Assembly (NCBI RefSeq): GCF_004010195.1
Contig: NC_057719.1
Location: 76,490,849 to 76,554,848, forward strand
From: Chiloscyllium plagiosum
Lineage: Eukaryota
Direction: 5' to 3'
Length of the DNA: 64,000 bases
Shown: positions 27,763 through 39,599 of the stretch, piece after piece
Position numbering within the stretch: position 1 is the stretch's first letter
Layout: each line of letters begins with the position of its first letter
The notes under the pieces: generated by a model
What the model was told of the DNA's origin: nothing
What the model saw: the letters and a program-made list of their open reading frames with translations, nothing else
The model's database searches: none
Program-made: the position numbers and the translations under genes

Positions 27763-28187
27763 TCCTATTCATGAATTTATCTAAATGTATTTTAAATGTT
27801 GTAAATGTCCCCTTATCTTCTCGAAGTTTGTTCCACACATCAACCACTATATTAAAAAAAAGTTGTCTGTCATGTATAATCCTTCTTCTCTCACCTTAAA
27901 AGAAGCCCCCTGTATTTTGAAATCCCTCATCCTAGAGAAAAGACAGCTGCTAATGGCCTTCTCTGTTCTTCATGATTTTATAAATCTTGATAAGGTCACC
28001 CCTGAACCTCCTCTGCTTCAGTGAAAAAAGTCCTATACTATCCAACCTCTCCTTATAATTCAAATCCTCTGTTCCTGGTACCATCCTAGTAAGTCTCTTG
28101 TAAACCCTCTCCAGTTTAATAATAACCTTCCCATGTCAGGGCAACCAAAACTGGACACAGTATTCCAGAATAGGCCTCATCAGCATC

Positions 28188-28224
28188 ATTCCTGATGAAG
28201 GGCTCCTGCCCGAAACGTCGATTT
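28188..28224 (+). ncRNA. Minimal hammerhead motif (ACGU type), canonical CUGAUGA core
   Basis: AUUC CUGAUGA A GGGC-UCCU-GCCC GAAA CGUC^GAUUU; stem I is weak. Confidence 0.7.
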
Positions 28225-28316
28225 TCCTGCTCCTCAGATGCTGCCTGACCTGCTGTGCTTTTCCAGCACCAATCTAATCTTGACTCTAATCTCCAGCATC
28301 TGCAGTGCCTACTTTC
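28188..28316 (+). mobile_element. Family A element with 14-bp imperfect TSD, nested in CR1
   Basis: gcctcatcAGcatc (28174-28187) and gcctcatcGAcatc (28317-28330). Confidence 0.85.
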
Positions 28317-31300
28317 GCCTCATCGACATCCTATCCAACTCAACATGACATCCCAACTCCTGTACTCAAAAGGTTTGAGCAATGAAGGCAAGCGTGCTAA
28401 ACGCCTTCTTAACCACCCTGTCTACAAGTGATGCAAATTTCAAAGTATTATGTACCTGAACCCATAGCTCTCTGCAACACTATCCAATGTTCTACTTTAA
28501 ATTGTATAAGTCCTGTCCTTGTTTGTTTTACCAAAATGTAATACTCGCATTTATCCAAATTAAACTCCATCTGCCACACCTCAGCCCATTGACCCAATGT
28601 CTTTGTATCTTTCTTCACTGTCCACTGTACCACCAATTCTGATGTCATTCGCAAGCTTACGAACCATGTCTTCTATAAATCATTTATATAAATGACATAC
28701 AAAAGTGGATGCAGCACCGATCCCTGTGGAACACCACTGGTAACAGGACTCCAATTCAAAAAACAACCCTCCATCACCATACTGTTTCCTGCTGTTAAGC
28801 CAATTTTATATCCACATAGCAAGCACACCATGAATCCCATGTGATCTAACTTCATTAATTAATCGACCATGTGGAATCTTGTCAAAGGCTTTACAAAAGT
28901 CCAAATAAAAAATATCTATCATTCTGCCTTTATTAATTTTATTGGTTACTTCCTCAAAAAAAATCAAGTTCGTGAGACACAAATTCCTCGCTCAAAATCA
29001 TGCTGACTATCCCTAATCATTCCTTGCCTCCCTAAGTGCATATAAATCCTACCTTTCTGAATCCCCTCTAACAACCTACCCACTGCTGAAGTCAGCCTCA
29101 CATGTCTATAGTTACCAGGCTTCTCTTCACATCCCTTCTTAAACAAAGGTACACCGTTGTTATCTGGTACCTCACCCATAGTTATAGATGATATAAATAT
29201 TTTTGCAAGGAGCCCCACAATTTCCTCTCTAACATCCCACAATATCCTGGGATACACTAGATCAGGTGCTGGAGATTTATCCACCTGCATATTTTCTAAG
29301 ACCTTTATCACTTGGTCTTCTGCAATGTGAACTGTTTTCAAAACATTGACATTTATTTTTGCACAGTAAAAACTGATGAGAAACATTAATTTAATAATAT
29401 CTCTCCCGTCTACTGAGGTTCAACACCAAGATGACCTCTTTGATCTTTAAGGGACCCTACTCTCTCTCTAGTTGTTCTCTTGCTCTTAATGTACTTGAAG
29501 ACTCTCTTTGGATTATCCTTAAACTTATTCGCCAAGATTGTCTCATATCTCCTCTTTGCCTTCCTGATCTCCCTCTTAAGAAAGTCCCTACATTCTTTAT
29601 ACTGTTCAAGAGATTCATTTGAACCCAATTGTCTATATCTAATATGACTTTTTTGAAAATTCTTAATTAGAACCTCAATATCTTTATTCATCCATTGTTC
29701 CCTAATCCTACCAGTGTATTACTATTCACTATAGCAGGAACATATTGTCTCTGAACTCTTGTTATCACACTTTTGAAAGCCTCCCACTTATCAGACATCC
29801 CTTTAGTTGCGAACAGTCAACTTGAAGCTGTTTGTATGTTCTTCTTTTTGTAATTGTATATACAGCCTGTGCTTCATTCTCAGGAAAAGACTTTTCTATT
29901 TGTTAAACCAATTAAATTGTCTTTGACTTGTTTATTTCTACAAATCAATTGCATCTCTAAATGTGCAATGGGAACACGTAAATTGAATAACTCGGGAAAG
30001 TCAAAGAAAATTGTTTTTTGAATGCACATTTTTCCTGAATTCTCAGGTATTTTAACATGCCATTTATTTGTATACAGTATTCAAATCTTTGTGCTATCTA
30101 CCATTCAACTGATTGAAAGTTATTGCTAACACAACGGCCACTCAATCGTGATAGAAGAATTCATTCCATTATGATTATTTCATGTTATGTAACCACATCA
30201 CAGCCCTTGGTTTTTTTTTAGATGAGACACATAGCCATTTTTATCAGGTACAGTCACTTTCAGTTCAGATCCATCACCTGGAAGAGTGGTGAATGCAGTT
30301 CATTACTTACTTGCGAATGAATCTGTGTCAGTGATGTAACAGAGATTAGACAATTCCAATGATTTTCTGTTCGATCTGACAGTTCCTAACCACTTCAGCC
30401 GTCCCTTCATGATGGATTGTCAGTTACAATCATATCACTGGGGACCTGTACTTGCAGTCTTTGCTCGAGAAGTAAGTGTAAACTGTTGAAGAAGCCACTC
30501 CCAAAGCTAACTCTGCTTCTGAAGTCTTTCAGGACAGCACAATAATATTTTTCAAGAGGTCTTCCTTAAATTCATAATGTTCCATTTAAGCAGTAGCTCT
30601 CCCCATAATACCCAGTTCTGAGTGTTCAACCTTAGGAAAAATTGATGAGGATCAATATTTCTCTCACCGCTAACAGCAGTGATCTGTTGGGAATGAGGAA
30701 TTCTAGGCTTTTCCAGGATATAACAAAATCAAGAAAGCTATAATAGGACTTGGACAAGAGGCAACAATTATACAGAAGATTTGAGTCTACTACAATGGTT
30801 TGGGCTGGTTGCTCAAGCAGGAACAACTGGAATACCTTTCCTGGACAGCATCTTGTTCTATCTGAGGATGACTGAGGAAGCATCGGAAAGACTGTGAAGA
30901 GTGACTCATCATAAAACAAGGAAACTGGTAACAGAAACAATCCATCCAGTTCAAGATGACAATAACCATGTAAATTCATTTGTCCCTCTTGCTGCTGAGC
31001 TTACTGAAGGAAAGTTTGTAATATAGGACTCCCGCCACAACCAATTGATGCTGTTAACTAGCTATCATGTTGAGCAGGAGGCAATATTTTTGTGAATCAC
31101 ATTGAGTTCAGATTGTTTGAAATCCTGAAAGAATGAAGTGGCTACTGTTCAGAATATCATAGTTGGAAGGGGTGCAAAATTTTCTTCTACTGGTCTCTGC
31201 CAAGATCAGAACATTTAATGAAGAGGCGTTTTGGATCTAAAACCCAGGTATTTACTAAAACAATAAAACTCTGAAGTTTGTAGTTTAAAACATTGGGATT

Positions 31301-33739
31301 TTACTATACCGAAGGAAAAGAAAACTGCCCTTAAGTATTCTGTTACATCAAAGATATTAAATGTACAATGAACGCTGTAACTCGTAAGCTGAACTTCTTA
31401 AATAAAATATCCTCCTTCTACAACATTTTGGCTTACACCTACCATAGCACAATGAGATACTTATCAGAAATTTGAACATTAATGACTGTGTATGAGGACT
31501 CTTTCAGAGATTCATAAATGGTTTGAGTCTTTCTGGATTTTTAGCTTACTTCTGGTTAACATGGTTCCTCTAACTCTCATCCAACTATTCCAACCAGGTG
31601 TTGCTAGCATCTTACATTTGGATCAGAACTCTCCTGGTTCCATTAATCTTTAACTTTAGGGTCTTGCGTCTAAAGCCCTCTTTTCTCTTTCTGTCCTGTT
31701 TGCAGTCCTGCACTTACGCTCTTGCACTCATTCTCTTATGCTTACTCTCACCCACCAGCTCTCCTTTTTGTTTATTTTGGCTGTCGCAAAGGTTCACTGT
31801 ATAGCTTGGAGTACTTTGGGTAAAAATAATTGTAAGCTCATTTAGCTCACATTGAAATTCAGTGAATCCTGTTTGAATGAGATGTTTCTTGTTCCAAATG
31901 AAAATCTTAACTGCTACAGAGGCACAACCGCAATCTACTCATCCCTTTTTTGATTGACCAATTTTGATTGACCCTTTGCTGTTCTATTTATCTCCTGCGG
32001 CAACCCTGTCACATGATCACATATTGGAAACCAAGAACTTGACAGAAATTATATCTTAGAGAAATCTGGGTCTTGAACTGACCATCATCTTAACATTGGA
32101 TGAGATTTTCCCCAAAGGCAAATGGGCCATAATACCATGAATGACTCTTGCTGAATATTAAAACATATTCTCTTATTTTAGGTAAACTATCGGGAACCCT
32201 GCAGTTTCAGCAGATGGAACATTCCAAATCCTAATTAGTATTTAAGATGCATCCCTGTTTTTGTCTACCAGGCCCTGTTAACAGCCGAGACAGATTAGCT
32301 GACAGTACCGAGTGGGAGCTGAATTGGTGTTCAATGTTATGATAGGGGCATGAGAAAAGAGACTGAAGAAAACCAGAGGTAGGAAGAAGAGAGAATTGTA
32401 GAATGAAAATCAACTCCCTCCTGACTCTAAAAAAGGAAGTTTTAGAAAATTATATTGAAGCAATGTCTCATTTCAGGAGTTGAGGTAACGTCGTAAGACA
32501 CGATTAAAATTTGAACGGTTTTTGAATTGCATTTGAAACCCAGGTTTACAGTATGGCCTCATTTCCCACCAACCACAGTTGCCATAAAATTAAAACCTTG
32601 GTGATTATGGAAATACCTTAATTTAAAGCTTTGAGAGGTTGTAAGATCACAATTAACAGCAATTATACAAAGCTTATAATAAAGACTGCAGCATGCTTTA
32701 AGCAGCAGTTTAAACTTAGCACATTTTCAGTATGCAATTAAACACCAGCTGTAGTATTGTGGTGATATTAAATATAGGGTGTGAACAAGGCCAGTAAAAC
32801 TTCACAGTGCACAGAGAGCTCAACAAGGAATCCTAGAGATGTGTTTTCATTTCAGTGTATGCTGTGTCAATTCACTCTAAAACAAGTTGACAGAGTCAGC
32901 TTGTTCTGTCTGGTCCACACAGCATTCTGGTCAGAGGAAATAAGATATCAGTCGATTTTATTACAAATGGCTGGTGGGACAGTCCCGTAGCTCGGAGATG
33001 CTACAGTTACGGTTTTATTATTGCCTTTGCAAAGCTAAAGAGCTAAGAGCCTGCTTCCCGGAGGTGGCCAAACGTCATTTGACTAAATTCATCACTGATC
33101 TAATCTACACAAAGCGATTTGCATCGGTTAGAAGCAGAAGCTGTCTAAGCTGCTTTGCTTTGAGGTAAAAGCTGTGGAATAACTGGCTTATTCTATGCAG
33201 ATTTAAAAATGAATTAATAACTTCATTAATAAATGTTCACATTAATGTGATGTGTCCATTTACTTTCACTTTGCTTGCAAATTATCAGTATATTTTATAA
33301 AATTAAATCGACAACCAATTACAGATCTTTATGCACCAAACAACATCGTGGCTAATGAATAATTAGCTTAATGCCTATTCATATGTACAGTAAAAGAGAG
33401 ACAGTATTTCATTAGGACTAACAAATACAGCTTCCAGGCATGGTGTATTTAATAAGGATCTTTTGCATAACATATTAGGAAAAGTGTGCAACATTGTCTA
33501 GCTTTAAAACATTATGAGAGGACTTTTTAATCACTATTCAAATGTTAACTTGATAGAACACAAGATATGTTGGAATTGAAATCACTTACAAATCTGTGGT
33601 CTAGTATGAGAGAATGTGGGGAGATGAGATGGTGTGAGAGCAAGAGGAAGAAGGAAAAAGGCTTGTAACCCAGAGAATGGAATTGAGACTGGGAAGTTGG
33701 AGGGATTGGGGTGGGGTTGCAAGAAAGGAGAGGGTTCTG

Positions 33740-34140
33740 CAGATCATTGGAGGAGGGAGCAGAGGGAAATGGCTATGTGGGCCATGGGTAAGTGGGAGAT
33801 AGCACGGAGGTCCATGGGAAGAGGGAGATGGCATTGTGGGCCATGGGTAAGTGGGACATGACACTGGGTCATGGAGGAGAAAGAAGATGTACTAGAGTTC
33901 ATTTGGGGTGGGGGTGGAGGGAGCAGAAGGATGGCCATGTGGGTCATGGGTGGGAGGCTGGTGGGGCTGTGGGTCACAGGTAAGTGGGAGCTGACACTGT
34001 GGGTCACAGATAAGTGGGAGGTGGCACTGTGGGGCATGAAGTGGAAAGGAGATGTTACTGCAGTTCATTAGTGGGATGGGACGAACGATGATACTGCGGG
34101 TCATTGTGTGAAAGGAGATGGCACTGCAGGTTGAAAAGGG
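33740..34140. repeat. Degenerate G-rich minisatellite, ~30-bp unit
   Basis: Units like gtggcactgtgggtcacaggtaagtgggag recur (33960, 33990, 34020; also ~33770 and ~33830). Confidence 0.75.
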
Positions 34141-34514
34141 AGGCAGGAGAGTAACAACATTTAGTTATCTCTTCTCCCAGTTGCTTGAACAAACAGCAGT
34201 GAAAACAGCACTCCCAATGAGTGTCAGGTAACTTAGTTCTTAAAAAAACGTGCAGTAATCCTTTCCAAAACCCTTGGTTTTTAAGACTTCTTTTCTCCAT
34301 TTCAGTTCATAATTAAAAAAAAGTAAAACAAAACAATAGATCATTATAACTGACTAGAACAATTCCATAATCCCGTTATCAAGCATTGCTATGCATCCAT
34401 TTCTACTTTGTAAGGGCACCAAGCTGTATAGCTTTACAGATGCACAGCACCTAATGATCAGTCTTAAACTGCATTTCAATAAACAACTGGGGTAGTGGCT
34501 TTAAAATATTTGTG

Positions 34515-34689
34515 GGAGAAAGTGAGGACTGCAGATGCTGGAGATCAGAGCTGAAAATGTGTTGCTGGAAAAGTGCAGCAGGTCAGGTAGCATCCAAGAA
34601 GCAGGAGAATCGACGTTTCAGGCATGAGCCCTTCTTCAGGAATGAGGAAAGTGTGCCAAGCAGGCCAAGATAAAAGGTAGGGAGGAGGG
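34515..34689 (-). mobile_element. Family A element, longest single-orientation copy, 11-bp TSD
   Basis: TSD aaatatttgtg at 34504-34514 and 34690-34700. HHR core is intact and about 46 extra nt lie 5' of it. Confidence 0.85.
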
Positions 34690-36189
34690 AAATATTTGTG
34701 AATAAATAATGAGCCTAAACGAAGCTTAAATTCAGTGTCTTGCAAAAGCTAGGTCTGTCTGTTTATGGAGAAGCCTGGTATGGAAGATAAACCTATGTTC
34801 CTGAACACATTACACCCCATTGTTTTGCAGAGAGATTGGCTGGGTTTAAATGCCTTTCTCTATTTCTGAGTCCCATTCTTAGTACAGTTGCTTCAGCCTG
34901 AGCCAGGTATTCCTGCAGTGATGCTACTAGGTTTAATTTATGGAACCGAAACACTATGTGAGGGAAGAGTGGAATCACACAATCCAATGTATTTTTAATT
35001 TATCACCTCCGGTTGCAAGGGCTATTTGTGACTGAACTGTAGTCAACAGCTTCTCTATACTGACAATAAAGCTCAAAGTGTATGAGTAATGAAGGTTAGA
35101 CTTTATCTATTAAGAATGTTTCAAATGGATTCAGTATAAAATCTTCACACTCCTGTGATCTCATTTCACTGAAATGTTATGCCCAGAGCACAGGAGATGC
35201 TACAGCCATAATCCCAACTAAAGGGAAGTGTGCTGTATCAGCAGTGAAGCATCTGATACCACATTTCATTTCTGCAGACCTCCTGTCTAAATAATGATGT
35301 GTTCTGCATAATAATACATTATTATAATAATAACAACAATAATGCCCTTTTACGTAAGAGGTCAATTATAGTAAAGTGCCTGCTATAGTAGGAATGTTGA
35401 AGCTTGCATTGGACCATCTCTCCCAATTATCACTATTTCCATAAAAGATGTTGTTATGTTTTTCAGTGATGTTGGCTACCAAATGTGGAGGAATATGTGT
35501 TCACTTTAATGCTCCGTTTAGTGCATTACGTTATTGTCGTTCTGTAACCACTGAAAAGAATCATTTTTGCCACATTATTCAAAACCTGTTTTGGGATGAT
35601 CATTCACTGAAAATCGCTGGGATCCACCTCATTTGTTTATAATGTCTGTGCTAGTTAATAGGTCTGTGTGAAGTGAAGGTCAGCATGAAAAGGCGAAAGG
35701 GAATTGTGATAAGACAAATAAAGGTCATTGCCGTTAAAATAGCCTCCTTTCTTCAAGTCGGGAAAACAATGTGTTGTGGTTCATGCTTAGATCTAATCTG
35801 TAAGTACATTCAGTGTATATTGCCATAGACTATTTAAATGATGTCACTACACATTTATATCTGACTGTAGTTAAGAACAGATCACACCTTTTTGATAACT
35901 AATGCAGAGAAATCTGAAGTGGTCCATTTGGGGGGAAAAAAACAGTACAATGTGGAATGAGGCACTTTAGTAGCCTGAACATATTAGAGAAGCTGGGACG
36001 TTCTCCTCAGAACAGAGAGGGTTAACAGAAGAATTAATAGATGCATTTGAAATTGAGTTTTTAATGCTTTAAACAATTTTAAATTGTTTATTGCTGACAG
36101 GAGAAGTGCTGCTGAAGCATAGAAGCGACTGTGTAGCTTCTTCACAGCATGAATGACCACATTGTGAGCCAATCTGCTAAATTGTTACA

Positions 36190-36514
36190 TCATAGAATCT
36201 CTACAGTGTGAAAACAGGCCATTTGGCCCAACAAGTCCACACTGACCCTCCAAAGAATAACCTACTCAGACCCGTTCCCCTACATTTACCCCTGACTAAT
36301 GCATCTAACCTACATATTTCTGAACACTATGGGCAATTTATCTAACCTGCACATCTTTGGACTGTAGGAGGAAACCAGAACACATGGAGGGAACCCACGT
36401 AGACATGGGGAGAATGTGCAAACTCCATACAGACAGTCACCCAAGGCAGGAATCAAACCCGAGTCCCTGGCACTGTGAGGCAGCACTGCTAACCACTGAG
36501 CCACCGTGCCACCC
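36190..36514 (-). mobile_element. HE1-like V-SINE
   Basis: Full-length reverse-complement copy. Confidence 0.9.
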
Positions 36515-37545
36515 CAAAGGGTGGAGTTCTGTAATCAGAAGATACAGATTGAAGATAATTGTTGAAAGATCTGTAGTGGGTCTGGAAGAGAATGTTTTGC
36601 ATGTGGCGAAATTGTTAAGTTCAGGAATGCTTTCTGATAGGGTGGCAGAAACAGATTCAGTTGTGATTTATAAAAGGGTTGTGAATGCATTCTTAGCTAG
36701 AAAGACTATGGTAGNNGAGCACAACGTTCAGACCAATAACCAATAACAAGGAGAAGCATGATTCTGTCTTGCTTCCACCAAACCGTAGGACAAGCTGAAC
36801 TGAACCACTAGCACTATGAGGATGGGGTTTGAAAAGATTTGGGCTGCTGTTGCCTGGAATTCCAGGTAAACGAATGGGAGAAAAAGAATGGATAGCAAAC
36901 CATCTGATTTATGGGTTTAATGTATCCATGGACTGCATCAGCGATGGACAGGCCTCTGTGCTGAATGTCTCCTGATGAGATAGCTGACAATATTTTAATT
37001 GCTGAGCCCATTAGTCACACTGTTGCAGGCTGGTTGTCTGGTTGTTAATCCATCTCTAACACTTCATCAGAGATTAACAGCATAATCTACCTGTTTATCT
37101 CCGCTCTACTGATTCTTGAAAGGAATTAACCCAGTTGTCTTGCTTCCCTGTCATTTCTATAGCCTTTTCTGCAAGTCGCTTTTTAAAATATTCATCCATT
37201 TTACTTTCATTTAATATTTATGGATCTGCTTCCGTCATTGTTGCTTGTGTGTGGCATTACATGTTCTGACACTATTCATAACATAAAAGAGTATTGTCTG
37301 GAACCTCCCATTCTTCTCTCTCAGCAATTATGTTATGTTTGTAATGAAATACTTGCAGGGCCTGTTACAAAGTGAATTGTTGAGCAGGGGTGTTATTGCC
37401 ATGGTAACTTGTCCTCTGAAATAACGGAGCAATTTTCCTTGCACTAATTCTTTTCTCCAGCCATTCAATATCTCCCCTTCTTCACACCCCCCACGCCGCA
37501 ACTCAGCCACCATCCCACAAACCTGCACTCCTCCTCCCAATTCTG

Positions 37546-37642
37546 AAACAAAGCAGAAATTGCTGGATAAGCTCAGCTGATCTGGCAGCATCTGTACAGG
37601 AATTCCAAGTTAACGTTCCGGGTCCAGGGCCCTTCTTCAGAA
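37546..37642 (-). mobile_element. Short HHR-bearing element, family C, with ~14-bp TSD, nested in an L2 tail
   Basis: Minus strand GAGUU CUGAAGA A GGG...CCC GGAA CGUU^AACUU (one core substitution). TSD ctcctc(c)caattctg at 37531-37545 and 37643-37656. Confidence 0.7.
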
Positions 37643-37829
37643 CTCCTCCAATTCTGGCCTTGTAAGAATCCCCAACTTCTATGCCCCTCCACCCCCATTG
37701 GTGAGCAGCATTCAGCTGCTGGGGTTCTCTATTCGGGAATTGCCTCCCTAAGCTTCTCCATATCACTGGCACTCTCTCCATGTTCGTAACTAGCCGTATT
37801 TTTAAAATAAACTTGTTGACTAAGCTCTT

Positions 37830-38475
37830 CGTCATGGAGATATACAGCACGGAAACAGTCCCTTCAGTTCAACCCATCCGTGCTGACCAGGTATCCCAAT
37901 TTAATCTAGTCCCATTTGCCAGCACTTGGCCAATATCCCTCTAAAACCCTTCCTATTCATATACCCATCTGGATGCCTTTTAAATGTTGTAAATGTACCA
38001 GCCTCCATCACTTCCTCTGGCAGCTTGTTCCATACAGGTTACCACCCTCTACATGGAAATGTTGCCTCTTAGGTCCCGTGTAAATCTTTCCCCTATCACC
38101 TTAAACCTATGCTCATTAGTTTTGGACTCCCCTACCCAAGGAAAAAGACTCTGGCTATTCAACCTGTCTATGCTCCTCGTGATTTTATAAACCTCTGTAA
38201 GGTCACCCCTCAGCCTCCAATACTCCAGAGAAAACAGCCCCAGCTTATTCAGCCTCTCCCCTTCACCCAAACCCTCCAACCCTGGCCACCTCCTTGTAAG
38301 TCTTTTTTGCACTCTTTCAAGTTTCACAACATCCTTCCTATAGCAGGGAGACCAGATTTGAATGCAGTATTCCAAAATTGTCCTACCAATGCCCTGTAAA
38401 GCCACAACATGGCATCCCAACTCCTATACTTCATGCACTGGCCAATAAAGGCAAGCGTACCAAATGCCTTTACTA
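37830..38475 (-). mobile_element. CR1-type LINE 3' end
   Basis: LEYCIQIWSPCYRKDVVKLERVQKRLTR...LGLFSLEYWRLRGDLTEVYKI. Confidence 0.9.
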
Positions 38476-39599
38476 CCCAATGATTGAGCCTAATTTCTCA
38501 TTAGCTGGCTAAGTGTCAGATTTTATATGAAAATTTTTCCAGGGAGCACAATGGGACAGTTTCACTACGTTAAAGAGGAGTGCAAATTGTTATGACTACC
38601 AGCAAAGGAAATTGTCTCCGGCAGTAGTTAATGTGGGTGAGGTAGCCTGTCAATCTTACTGAGTATTTTACAAAAACATTTCAAAACAGGAAATTGATGT
38701 TTATCTTTTAGGAAAGGATAATTTTCATTTCCCCTTCAGCTTGCAAGGATGTCACAAAAACAGGAGCAGCTGGGAATGTTGGTATCCAGAGTGACAGAGG
38801 ACTTGTGCTCATTTATCCAGTTCCTATGGAATCTGGGACTAATGCCCCAGAAATCATGAGAGTGTGTGAGGTCTCAAAAATATCCAGCAAAAAGTGGACA
38901 CCAACCTTTTACAAACTATCCGTTCCAATGGGCATCTGGAACCTGAGTTTGGCACCATTTCCGGTCCTGAGCACCCACTGGCAAAACTTTGTTTTCCCTT
39001 CCCATTAAGAACAGCGAACAAATCAACAAGTAGGATCCTTATGGACTCCAAATGCTCCAAAAGATTCTAGCTTGTAATAACATTGTTATACTCCACCAAT
39101 GCTCTAAGAATATTGGAGTTAATTGGTTACAGAGTGCACTATGTTAGACAGATAAAATGACTCACATTTACACTGCATTTTTCATGAACTCTGGCTATAA
39201 AGCATTTTGGGACATTCAAGGAAGTAATATCGGACTTTAAAGTAGGATGGGGTGGCTTATAGCAGAGTTGCAGCTTCCCTGTCTTTGGTCCAAAAGCTCC
39301 AGGTTCAAGTCCTACTCCATGATGTGTTGGCCATGAATGATGCTTTCATAACGCGATCGATAAGTTGTTTAGCAAGCTGCAGTATTTCCCTGTTGTGTAA
39401 TGTAATAGTTATGAAAAAGTTATTATTGAGCTACAAAGCCTCACAGGCACAGACAGTGCCCAACCATAACAAAATAATGCTACAGCTGAAAAACTGTAAG
39501 ACACTTTCAGAGAATGCATAGAAGTGGAATATCATTTCAGAGCAGCAAAAAGCCAAGTGTTTACTCATGATGTGAAGGTAGTTGGATCTCTTACTTTAT

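Larger units (their letters stand above)
27396..29815 (-). mobile_element. CR1-type LINE, RT region to 3' end (degenerate)
   Basis: [35 protein letters not shown]...PLFKKGCEEKPGNYRHVRLTSAVGRLLE; WAEVWQMEFNLDKC. Confidence 0.9.

Noticed and set aside
30500..31350. Possible LTR-element remnants (also ~3040-3400 and ~4740-5400)
   Set aside because: Too decayed to find a diagnostic motif by eye.
36715..36716. Abrupt sequence junction at NN
   Set aside because: Assembly ambiguity or gap, not biology.
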